In this document: in pieces, positions 54,157-64,000 of the stretch
Layout of the letters: the number at the start of each line of letters is the position of its first letter
How positions within the stretch are numbered: position 1 is the first letter of the stretch
The notes under the pieces: generated by a model
What the model was told of the DNA's origin: nothing
What the model saw: only the letters and a program-made list of their open reading frames with translations
Databases searched by the model: none
Program-made: the position numbers and the translations under genes
Assembly (NCBI RefSeq): GCF_001194135.2
Contig: NC_068991.1
Coordinates: 408,582 to 472,581 of the forward strand
Direction of reading: 5' to 3'
Length of the DNA: 64,000 bases
DNA from: Octopus bimaculoides
Taxonomy: Eukaryota

Positions 54157-54551
54157 CTAATCCCAATGTGCACCAAAAATTTTATGGCGGGGNNNNNNNN
54201 NNATCTTTATCAAATTTAAATGTAAGAAGAGTATTTCCACCTTCGCAATAAAAGGGAAACACTCTAATCCATCGGTTTGTGTGTCCTCACTGAATGAATT
54301 ATTCTTTCGAATTCCAAGAAAAGTTTTTAAAATATTTTTTTCTTTTTAAACTGTAAAATTATTTCCCTTATTATTAGTCGTAAGTTTAATTCTTGCAGCA
54401 TCGCCAAAAATGTTGAACCATTTATTCAGCAGTCAGAATCAATTCAAACGAAGTTTTAAACACGCTGCCATCGACAGCATTTCTCTTCAGGGACCCTGGG
54501 TGGGAAAATCAATTTCCCGCTGCCATCTCTAATATTTATTATGTCTAATAT

Positions 54552-55241
54552 TTATGGGGTTACAAAAGGAAGTCTTTCATTGCAAAGGTCAACTGTTTCT
54601 GTGAGGAATACAGAGTCCCAGTATGAAAAGGGGGAAGGTAAAATATATGCCTTTCACAGTTATGCTTCAAAAAAAGGGTCCAACAGTTAGGAGGTTCACA
54701 CGTGATAATGGATTTGGTTTTAAATATTTACACCATTTAATTATTGAAGTTGGAAGAAATGTTTCCAACTTTATAACATGTTTCTAAAGAAAGGTGTGTC
54801 ATGAAGGTTAAATAACAAAAAAGTAGTTGACAATGTGGGATAAGGTGACCGAGGAGTGTTGTCATTCGGTAGACAGATTGAAATGAAAGAAGACACAAGT
54901 TACAAACTTCTAAAATGTAAAAAGATATTTCATCTTTCAGTTTTAGATATTAAAAGTCTAAATTTGTTGTTTAAAATGGATGAGATTATTGCATTAAAAG
55001 GAGAGAAATGCTTTGAGATAATTTTGAAAGAGCAACATTAGATTCCATGAAGGCATTAACCCTTCAATACAAAAAGGACAGAAAGAATTCAACGTTTGGG
55101 TGTAGACTTACCTGACTCCTTAAAGATTCTATGGACCTTTGAATTCAGCACCATTCCTCGTAGAATAATTGCTTCGTTTAATAGAAATCCAAACATAACT
55201 GTGACCTTTTGAGGTTCTCCCACAAATGAAGAAAACACCAT
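54552..55241 (-). CDS. Candidate two-exon small ORF (58 aa), unrecognised product
   Basis: Exon 55241-55112 (ATG...TCAG|GTAAGT) and exon 54598-54552 (pyrimidine tract, CTCACAG|AA...TAA) are phase-compatible. AATAAA lies 11 nt after the stop. No homology recognised. Confidence 0.25.
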
Positions 55242-56250
55242 TCAGTTTTATGGCACAAATATATGTCTTCACTGGTGCAAATATATCCGTCACCAGCATT
55301 AAAATACATACATATGTAGATATATATTTCAGTGTGTACAAATAACACGGAAGGAATAAATAAATAGTTAGCAGGGTAGCAAAAGATTCACATAAGTACC
55401 AAGGATTGTAACAGCAGCCAACTTATAAAGGTAGAAGTTCCAGGGTTTAGTGAAATGTGTGTGTACAAAATTTAATTTTGTTAATTGAAACACAAATTAC
55501 AATAAAAGCAAATAATGAGATAATTGATTTCTGTTAGAGAAGAGAGACTCCTAATATCTGTCCGTCGGTTTTTCTTTGTCAGTTTTCTTTTTATAATCGC
55601 TCTGAAAAGAAGCAACGTTTTGTGGCCGCCAGAAAGAATGGAGGCAATGATGCAAGGGAGCTAACTGCGGTATGACAACTTTTCTCAACCTCAGATATTT
55701 TTAAGCAAGCCGGGATTTCATTAATCTTTGTATGCTTTTGGGATCATTAAAATATAGCGTCAATTACTGTGATCGATTTAATTACACACATACACACTGG
55801 TCATGTGATGTATTTTGGGTGTTTAACTTAGATTTATGTAATTCAAATTAAAATTGTACAAAATTTCACAAAAGTGAGAATATATTGTGACAGTTTTTCA
55901 TAATAAAATAATAGAAAAGGAAAAAAAAGAAATAGGAAAGAAGTAATGAAAGGAAAGAGGAGAAAGTAAATAAGGGAGGAAGAAAGAGAAGAAATGAAAG
56001 AGTGATGGCGGGAGGCAGTGTGAAAGAAAGAGATTCTAATGAAGGAGGGGGAGGAAGAGTTAGAATTAAAAAGAGAAAGATTTGGCATGGTTTTCTATGG
56101 CTGGATGCCCTTCCTAACGCCACCCACTCTGAGGGTGTAATGGGTGCTTTTACATGCCACTGGTAACTGCCATGACTGTGATTTTGCTCCGCTTGATGGG
56201 GTCTTCTTCTCAAGCATGACCTAATGCCAAAGGTCTCGGTCATTGTCTCC

Positions 56251-56440
56251 GTGAGGCCCAATACTTGAAAAGAGCTCAGCCGCTTTGCCTTCATGAGGCC
56301 CCAATGCTCAAAAGGAACTCAGCCACCTTGCCTCCGTCTGGCTCAACACTCAAAAGGAACTCAGTTACTTTGCCTCCGCCAGGCCCAATTCTTGAAAGGT
56401 ACTCAGCCACTTTGCCTCCATGAGGCCCAACATTCAAAGG
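56251..56440. repeat. ~42-bp minisatellite, about 4.5 copies
   Basis: Repeating unit approximately GAGGCCCAA(T/C)ACTC(G/A)AAAGGAACTCAGCCACTTTGCCTCCGT. It produces the 14-aa periodicity of track ORF 56293-56688. Confidence 0.85.
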
Positions 56441-56907
56441 TTGATTTTATTTCTTATATATATATTTATATATATATAAAAGGAATAATTGGTTTAATTT
56501 TATGTGGTGTAATTTATACAAATAAGAATAGAACAAATGCAGTTTTTTGGCGGGTATTACTTCATGTTTCCATTGTGTATTTAAACACAAGTGCCTTATA
56601 TGACTTGATATATAATTTGATATGTAACAGTAAGCAACATCATGTAACTGTAAGTAAATTCATGTTTTCATTAAGTGCCACTTCTTAAAGTAATACCCTT
56701 TAGAATATTTTTTAGGTGATATACTACCAAATATTTTGGCAACATATGACAAACAGTGGGTGTGTGCATTTAAGTCATCCGCCAATCAAAACCCTCCATT
56801 TCACAGTCGACTGATTTTTCTTTGAAAGGATGGATGGGGGTAGGAATGGTCAACAATTTTAGTTCCTTGTCCAATAGAAGTGAATCTCAGTGAGGGAGAG
56901 ATTTATT

Positions 56908-57139
56908 TATTTCCTTATTGCCCAGACGGGGTCAAACATAGAGGGGACAAACAAGGACAGACAAACGGATTAAGTCGATTATATTGACCCCAGTGTGTAA
57001 CTGGTACTTATTTAATCGACTCCAAAAGGATGAAAGGCAAAGTCGACCTCAGCGGAATTTGAACTCAGAACATAACGGCAGACAAAATACTGCTAAGCAT
57101 TTTGCCCGGCATGCAACCGATTCTGTCAGCTCACCGCCT
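56908..57139 (-). mobile_element. Full-length tRNA-derived SINE with a 17-bp target-site duplication
   Basis: TGAGGGAGAGATTTATT occurs at 56891-56907 and again at 57140-57156, flanking a head and body matching the 18822 family but with a different 3' tail. Confidence 0.9.
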
Positions 57140-58930
57140 TGAGGGAGAGATTTATTGGCAGTAGACTGAGATCCATCTGTGACATTTACACCAAACAAGA
57201 AAACAGAAATCTGGTTCCAAGGAAGAAAGCTTGTCTTATTGTTAAGATGGTATTACGAAAAGAGTGTTTCAATTAAATTATTGTGTATGGAAAATCCTTT
57301 ACATGCTCAAGTATGTATCCAATAAAGGGCTGTTTTATTCTCAGGGAGCAATCTGGGTGTATATGGGGGCAGTGGGGGTGATTGTGTGGAGGGTACATGT
57401 ATTCAATTGCATCTTAACCCTAACCCTTAACACTAAACACAAACTCATCCAACCCTAACACTGGTCCCAGCCAACTCAACAATGTTCTTTGTTTTCCCAA
57501 TATTAATCTAATACCTACCCATGATACCTATTTACAGCTAGATAGACTGAGCTATTGGAGTATTGACTGTGGGCTCTGTGTAACACTGGTGAGATGTTAA
57601 CTATTGACTCTGAAAAACTCACATGACCAGCTGTAAGTGTATCTATGTGTTAAGCCTGTGATATCATTAATAAATGATCCATGTTAATCAATGGAATTGA
57701 CACTGCTCATTAGGATTACTTTACAGAATCTATCACTAATCTTATAATCCACAGTTGTTCAACTACATATACTATGAATTCTATAGCCATTGTAATCCAT
57801 CACAATAATCCCGTAACTATATATCCATTTCTATACCCTGTGACAAACAATTTCCTAGATTCTAAGCCAGGATTTGAAACCAAATCTACATTTTTCTGTC
57901 AGTTCCTATTTTTTTTTGGCTTTTCCACTTAGAAGTCTATGAGTATCAACAGACACACGTAATTAATTTAGATTAAATTAACATTCATCGGTTAAATAAG
58001 GTTCAGTCAGAGCGAAGACAGAAAATCCTTTGTCTAACCTGACCTACTTTAGTTAGAAGAAATATAAAGAACCCCAAATCGGTTCTGTCTCTTTGGTTAT
58101 TTGGCACCTCACTGAAGAACATCTATTTCTCTCCCTTCTCTTACAGATTCTCATTGTATGACAACTTTTACCTTATTTACTTATCATCCCAAAGAGGATG
58201 ACTACAAATGATCGTTATGCAACGACTTAAAAATGTTATATCTTACATTGTTATGATGAAAATAAAGGACCATTTCAAATAATATTTTTTCTGCCTCTCA
58301 TTTTAATTGTTACATACCATCATTATAAACCCCTTATACTACAGTAATCCATCACTATATAGTCACACACTATAACCCATTAATCTAATTATACACCCAA
58401 CACTATAATTGTCATGAACAGTTATCCACTTCTAGACACTTTCCCCATCTCCTCATAATCCACAGCTCCCCCACCACCACTGCAGTGTTTCAGTACTTAC
58501 AATATGGTACCTCATAACAAAATCAACTAATTAAGAGGATAGATATAATTGGAGTGGTCATTTTAATTATTTAGCAAGCTGACCATCAATATAAATCAAT
58601 AGCAACCAGCCGTGATCAGTATTGCAACCAATAAACAGAGTTTCTAAGAACAATCACCATCAACATCATTGGAATTAGAACAACAACAAAAACAACAACA
58701 ATAATAATTGTGGTGATGTGGGCGATAAACATTATCTTCTCTCAGTTTATGAGAGACAGGAGTTTCTGTAGAAACTCTGGTTGTAACAGCAAAAACAAGG
58801 CTGAAACTTTAAGGGAAGGCCTCTTGCTCAGCAGTGGTTCAGTAAAGATGCAGACTGAGCACAGCTGTTATCCGAATGGAGCATCAACAGATAATAGAGA
58901 AAGGAGGAGGAGGAAGTGAATAGGGTAAGG

Positions 58931-59160
58931 AAGAGGAAGTGAACTGGTGAAGAAAACAGGATAGTTGTTATACAGTGCTACATAACGAGTGAACCTAAAA
59001 GAAGGGGCCATAGAAAATGGATGTTAACACTTTGAGTAGAGAAGGGTATGTTTAAAGTGACTGAACAGAGACCAGAAGATTAAGCTAATGCTATTAGGAG
59101 AAGAAAATGGATGACAGAATTGGGGGTGGAAGAGATCACAAGAGGACTGGAAAAGAAAGA
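58931..59160 (+). mobile_element. R4/Dong-like non-LTR retrotransposon, N-terminal ORF remnant
   Basis: One frame reads KRK*TGEENRIVVIQCYITSEPKRRGHRKWMLTL*VEKGMFKVTEQRPED*ANAIRRRKWMTELGVEEI. This resembles the recalled R4/Dong/Rex6 N-terminus (RxKWTxEEN...CYY.S.P..RGY..RM...TEQRL.DQ..I). The stops are TGA at W positions and TAA at a Q position. Confidence 0.6.
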
Positions 59161-59405
59161 CCAGGCAGTGGGAAAGACAAGTAACAACATCAGAGATGCA
59201 TCTCAAACCAAAGAAGAACCTAAAGAAAGTAATAGTAATAGCACTACTAATAAGGAAGGGACAACTGACACCAACAACTTAAGGGATTTCAGTGAGGAAG
59301 ATCGGAAGATTCTAGATGAGCATCCACCTCCACCACTAAGTTGGTCACCTAGATAATGGAAACTATCTACTACCTTCAGCTTGCCCCTCTGGCAGTTGAT
59401 GGAGT

Positions 59406-59507
59406 CTATTTATCATAGTCCCCCAGGCAATAACAGAGGAATTCAAGACAGGATGCCATTGGGAGCTCCTCTATGCTGACGACCTTGCTCTAATTGCTGA
59501 GTCACTA
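59406..59507 (+). mobile_element. RTE RT catalytic-motif fragment
   Basis: Reads LFIIVPQAITEEFKTGCHWELLYADDLALIAESL (YADD motif). Confidence 0.85.
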
Positions 59508-59514
59508 TTCATGG

Positions 59515-59669
59515 TTGAAGCCAATGGCGATTTTATTGAATAAATTTACTCTTTAGTATTTCAAGATATTTTTATGCAATTTTATTAAATATATCTGTTA
59601 AAATGAGATGTTAGTGTTATTTTCATTTTTGCATAATTTAGACGACAATTTATTCACCAGACCCTGTAC
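59515..59669. mobile_element. Possible Tc1/mariner terminal fragment
   Basis: Ends in ...CACCAGACCCTGTA (reverse complement TACAGGGTCTGG), similar to the mariner TIR start at 31704. No partner TIR was found. Confidence 0.35.
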
Positions 59670-59723
59670 ATGAGCTTCAGAGAAAAATATTAGTTGAGTA
59701 CGTAGTGTGAAAAGAGATCATAT

Positions 59724-60055
59724 AAATGATAATGGAATAAGGAATTATGTCATGAACTTCATTAGCTTACAGCTGTTTCAGTGATAAGATGCAATGCGCT
59801 GATGGTAGAGTGCTTGTGTGTCACCTTTTAGCTTTCTCAGAGTGGATTTTCCGCTTTAAACTTGATTTGCATTTTGGTGATGTTTCCCAAATATATAACT
59901 GCTTTCCTAAATAAAACTGAATTTCATTTTTGTAGCTCTGGTGAAGCTATAAAGTCATGCACAAGCACTCCACTATGAGTACATTGCATCTTATAGCAGA
60001 AATAGCTTTAAGCTAATGAAGTTCATTACATAATGTTTTATTCTCTTGTCATATT
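59724..60055. mobile_element. Foldback MITE with ~90-120-bp imperfect TIRs
   Basis: ATGAACTTCATTAGCTTACAGCTGTTTC...AGAG (from 59752) pairs with CTCTGG...GCTTTAAGCTAATGAAGTTCAT (to 60026). Weaker pairing extends ~30 bp further on each side. Confidence 0.8.
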
Positions 60056-60230
60056 TAATTTCTGACATATATATGTATATGTATATATGTGTGTGTGTGT
60101 GTCTGTGCGCGCGCGCGCGTATTCACAGTAATAGATAGATAGATTAGATTGATATGTACGTTTCTACGTATATATAATATATATATTTATGGACGTCTAT
60201 GTAAATATATGGAGGTATATACATAAGTAC

Positions 60231-60269
<39 letters not shown>

Positions 60270-60305
<36 letters not shown>

Positions 60306-60581
60306 AGAGAGGAAAGAAAGAGAGAAAAGAGAGAGGGAAGGAGGGAGGGGGAAAGCGAGCAAGTAATAGAGGGTGAGAGTGAGAGTTGGTTGTTGTGTCT
60401 GTTTTTTAACGGGGGACAAATGCCATTGTAACCGTGTGGCAAGCCTCGCTGTGGTGAGATCAAAGTGAGCCTGATATGGCGTTGATTTAGGGCGATGAAC
60501 ATTTCTGGTCCAACTTGTTTTACATCGATTCAACTACAACAATATCAACATCAACATCATCTTCTGTAAAACACAAGAAAG
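60270..60581 (+). promoter_or_regulatory. Putative NCKAP1 proximal promoter / 5' UTR with a (GA)n tract
   Basis: CpG-retaining unique sequence immediately upstream of the ATG, preceded by (TA)n then (GA)n and purine-rich runs. The TSS position cannot be determined from sequence. Confidence 0.5.
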
Positions 60582-60686
60582 ATGTCGAGAGCTTTGGTAC
60601 CGAGTCAGCAGAAGATTGCTGAGAAACTCACCATCCTAAATGATCGCGCTAATGGGATGCTCATTCGGATCTACAACATCAAAAAG
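60582..60686 (+). CDS. NCKAP1: First coding exon of Nck-associated protein 1 (Nap1/Hem/Kette; WAVE regulatory complex subunit)
   Basis: Translates [35 protein letters not shown], matching the highly conserved NCKAP1 N-terminus (human, recalled: [36 protein letters not shown]). Ends at AAG|GTTCGC, a phase-0 donor at 60687. No next exon (expected to start about ACGDPK) was seen, so intron 1 is >3.3 kb. Confidence 0.95.
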
Positions 60687-60809
60687 GTTCGCCAAAAACT
60701 GACACCCCTCCCTTTTATCTCTTATTTTATTCTCTCTCGGTTCCATCGTCTGCCCTTCTTTTACAATCATACTTATATCTGCAATATATAAACCGTTTCC
60801 TTCATTATC

Positions 60810-60849
<40 letters not shown>

Positions 60850-61154
60850 TTCTATTTCACTCTGTTCCTCTTCCCGTCTCTCTTATTTCCTCTCACGTCT
60901 CTCCTTTCTTCTCTCTTTTTAATTCTTCTCCATCGTCTCCCTTATATTCTCCTTTCTGTCATCTGCTTCCTTCATAAATGCCCTTTCTTGTTCTCCTTTT
61001 TATTCTAATCAAACATCCAACGACATTCTCTCGGAGATATCTTTCAAGAATTCGTTGATGAAAATTGTTTTCAGTTGTCGACCATCCTTTATTTCCACAC
61101 AAACCTCTTCGCTTCTTTCTCTTTCTCTCACTGCGCTCCTCCTACCCTTTGCCT

Positions 61155-61188
<34 letters not shown>

Positions 61189-61877
61189 GATTATATATAT
61201 ATATATATATATAATCTGTGTGTGTGTAGATAGATAAATATGTATAGATAGATAGATAAAAAAAACCGCACTTGGCGAAACTTCGAAATATCTGTCACAC
61301 ACACACACACACACATACAGATTGACGTGTGTGTGTGTGTGTTTGCGTGTGAATACACACACACATGCATACACACAATCAGAGATCTCTGCTTTCCTCT
61401 CTTTACATACACATTCACACAGTAATGTTAAACCCATCAGATTTATTATTTTGTGTCTGGAATTTATCTAACTCTGCCGACTGTTCCTTACTTCTCTGTT
61501 TTTATAATCTCCATCATCATCATCATATCAGTGTCCCCACCATCTCTCTAATCATCATGAGGGATTTGCTTTAGTTCGATCGCTCTTCTTTTACTCTTCA
61601 TCTTATCCAACTATCAGTTTGTCTTCTGTCATTTGCTTTGTCTGTGTACATAAAATGTATATTAATATTGTTATTTCTCTGGTGTTAGCTAAAAAATGGT
61701 TGTGTGTAGGTTACCCGAAAAGATTTCAATGATAATGACATTAATAATGCAGATAATATTAAATAAATAAAAAAATAGTCGAGTAAATATTGTCTCATTA
61801 TTTACTGTACAAAATTCTGCAAAATGGAATATTTAATTAACCTAGTCTAAATATTTTACACACACATATATGTGTAG

Positions 61878-61945
<68 letters not shown>

Positions 61946-62042
61946 ATTGTCTCTCTCACACACACACGTTTATGTATGCATATATATGCATGTATACAAA
62001 GATTCATTTATATATGCATACATCTATATGTACATGTCTATA

Positions 62043-62075
<33 letters not shown>

Positions 62076-62465
62076 GTATATATATATTATATATGATTTT
62101 TTATCGAGAGTGTAAGTATATATATGTATATGTCTCCCCTCCACCCATATATGTTGTATGTCTATAGTCATGGCTTGATCGTACGTGTATATACACACAC
62201 TCACACATATGTGTGTGTGTGTTTATGCAGTGCTAATAATCTCTTCTGTGATAAATCTTCTCCAAGACAAATGTCCATGTAAAGATTCCGTTTCGTTGTT
62301 ACCAAAATGTTGATATATCTCTAAACCTTGATTGGTCTTCAACAAAACCAAGTAGGAGACAGCAGTTCTAGTCGATATCAAAACCATTTCTATAAACTTC
62401 CGTCCCCAATCCTCCACACTCACTCGACAAACGAGCAAAATACAAATCCTTCTCTCTGCCTCCTT

Positions 62466-62508
62466 CTTTTCTCCATCATCGTCATCATCGTCATCGTCAT
62501 CATCATCA

Positions 62509-62581
<73 letters not shown>
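62466..62581. repeat. Compound (ATC)n-(ATT)n-(AT)n microsatellite in NCKAP1 intron 1
   Basis: Directly visible. Confidence 0.95.
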
Positions 62582-62585
<4 letters not shown>

Positions 62586-63031
62586 TGACTTGTATTTTTA
62601 AAATGATTTCTTCGATTGCGTGGGTGGTTGTTCGATTTTTCTCTCTCAGATCTTCCAAACAAACCCACTTCATTTCCAACTTTTACATCCTTTTCTTTCA
62701 CACATTTTTATTATTATTTGCTCGATTTTTAAAATTAATATTTAATACCCTGCCAATACACTTTAGATCGCCGCGTATTTCGCTTCTATTTTTATTGTTA
62801 TTTTATAAACTTCCTATATATATATACATACATTTATATATACACACACATTTATATTTGTATATATATTTGTATCAGTTTTTCTCGTTGTTTTTTTTTT
62901 TCTGTCTTGTAGTTGTTGTTACGTCATTTTGGTGAGGCAACACCCAAACTTAGACATTTTTGGTTCGGTAACTCTGAGTCTCACATACCACCTGCTACTC
63001 TGTTTCTAACCTCTCTTCGAATTTCTTTACT

Positions 63032-63086
<55 letters not shown>

Positions 63087-63778
63087 ACATATAAATAAAA
63101 TATTAGCATTCATTCATGCACATTTTGCATATCTATCTGTGTGTTAGTATTGCTGTGGTATGTCATTAGTCTGCTGCACATTAAAGAATTTAAGAGCAAC
63201 GGCTTCGTTAGAAATACGAAACAGATGTTCTGGGATCACAAGAACTAAGAAATAGTAGTGCTGTCGCTATTTCTGGTTGCATCATTATCGCAACCCTGAT
63301 GATGATGGTGATGATGATGATGGTCTGTGGCAGTAAGAATACTCGTTGTAATCCGCATCTATCAATTGAATATATTAGTATGTCTCGCTTCTTTCGTTGT
63401 TGTTTAGCCCCGATTGAACGTTCCAGAAGTGACCACTCTGTCTTTTAAAGAGACTAGGTGGTCTTTGAGTGAGATTTCACTGTTATTTTTGGTAGGTTTA
63501 TCGACCGCGTCCACACTTCCTCGTTATTTTAATGCCGATATTACAGTTATGTTGGTCATATCTCTTTGATATTACAGCTACATTAATATCTATTTGATAT
63601 TGCTGTTATACTGACAATATCAATTTAATATTAGTTATCTTGATATCTGTTTTATGTTGATATCCTTTCAATATCGCTGGTATATTAATGTTTTATAATA
63701 TTACAGTTATATTGATATTTGTTTAATATTACAATTATATTGAGGATATCTGTCAACTTCTGTGCAGCTGTAGCCATA

Positions 63779-63937
63779 GAGGCAGACGTGTCTGTGTGGT
63801 TAAGAATTTTACTTCTCAACCGCATGGCTTCAAGTTCACTTCCATTGCAGGGCACATTGGACAAGTGTCTACTATAAACCCCAGCCTGATCAATGCCTTG
63901 TGACGAATTTTGGTAGACAAACTGAGAGAAGCCCACT
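63779..63937 (+). mobile_element. tRNA-derived SINE (second family)
   Basis: GGCAGACGTGTCTGTGTGGTTAAG...CAAGTTCACTTCC...GGACAAGTGTCTACTATA...GGTAGACAAACTGAGAGAAGCCC. Confidence 0.75.
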
Positions 63938-64000
63938 GTGACTGTACACAACACACATCACTGTGTTGACCATCGGATGATGTTTTACACTGCTGATCAC

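Noticed and set aside
62223-62438. 71-aa antisense ORF in NCKAP1 intron 1
   Set aside because: It has a non-ATG start, no homology that I recognise and no supporting gene structure.
1-64000. CRISPR arrays, rRNA, bona fide tRNA genes, prokaryotic systems
   Set aside because: There is no repeat-spacer array. The tRNA-like A/B boxes all belong to SINE heads, and no rRNA or operon-like coding sequence was seen.

Overview
AT-rich, microsatellite-saturated eukaryotic DNA from a gapped short-read assembly (11 N-runs). The repeat repertoire points to an octopus/coleoid cephalopod genome; this is inference from recalled repeat families, not a database hit. The only protein-coding feature I confidently recognise is coding exon 1 of NCKAP1 (Nap1/Hem/Kette, WAVE regulatory complex) at 60582-60686 (+). 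It ends in a phase-0 GT donor, and intron 1 runs off the window. The other ~60 kb is dominated by decayed mobile DNA: many RTE-clade LINE fragments and (GAT)n-tailed 3' ends, one 5'-truncated CR1/L2-group LINE, R4/Dong-like fragments, several tRNA-derived SINE families (one with an intact 17-bp TSD), an internally deleted Tc1/mariner, three TIR/foldback MITE-like elements and a Helitron-like 3' end. Almost all ORFs in the supplied track are microsatellite or N-gap artefacts. Best leads: a two-exon 58-aa microprotein model divergent from NCKAP1 inside a CpG-retaining domain, an interleaved inverted-repeat element with TTAGGG repeats, a miRNA-like hairpin, closely spaced inverted repeats (possible ADAR substrates) and two unexplained decayed ORFs. 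I found no complete novel multi-gene system.
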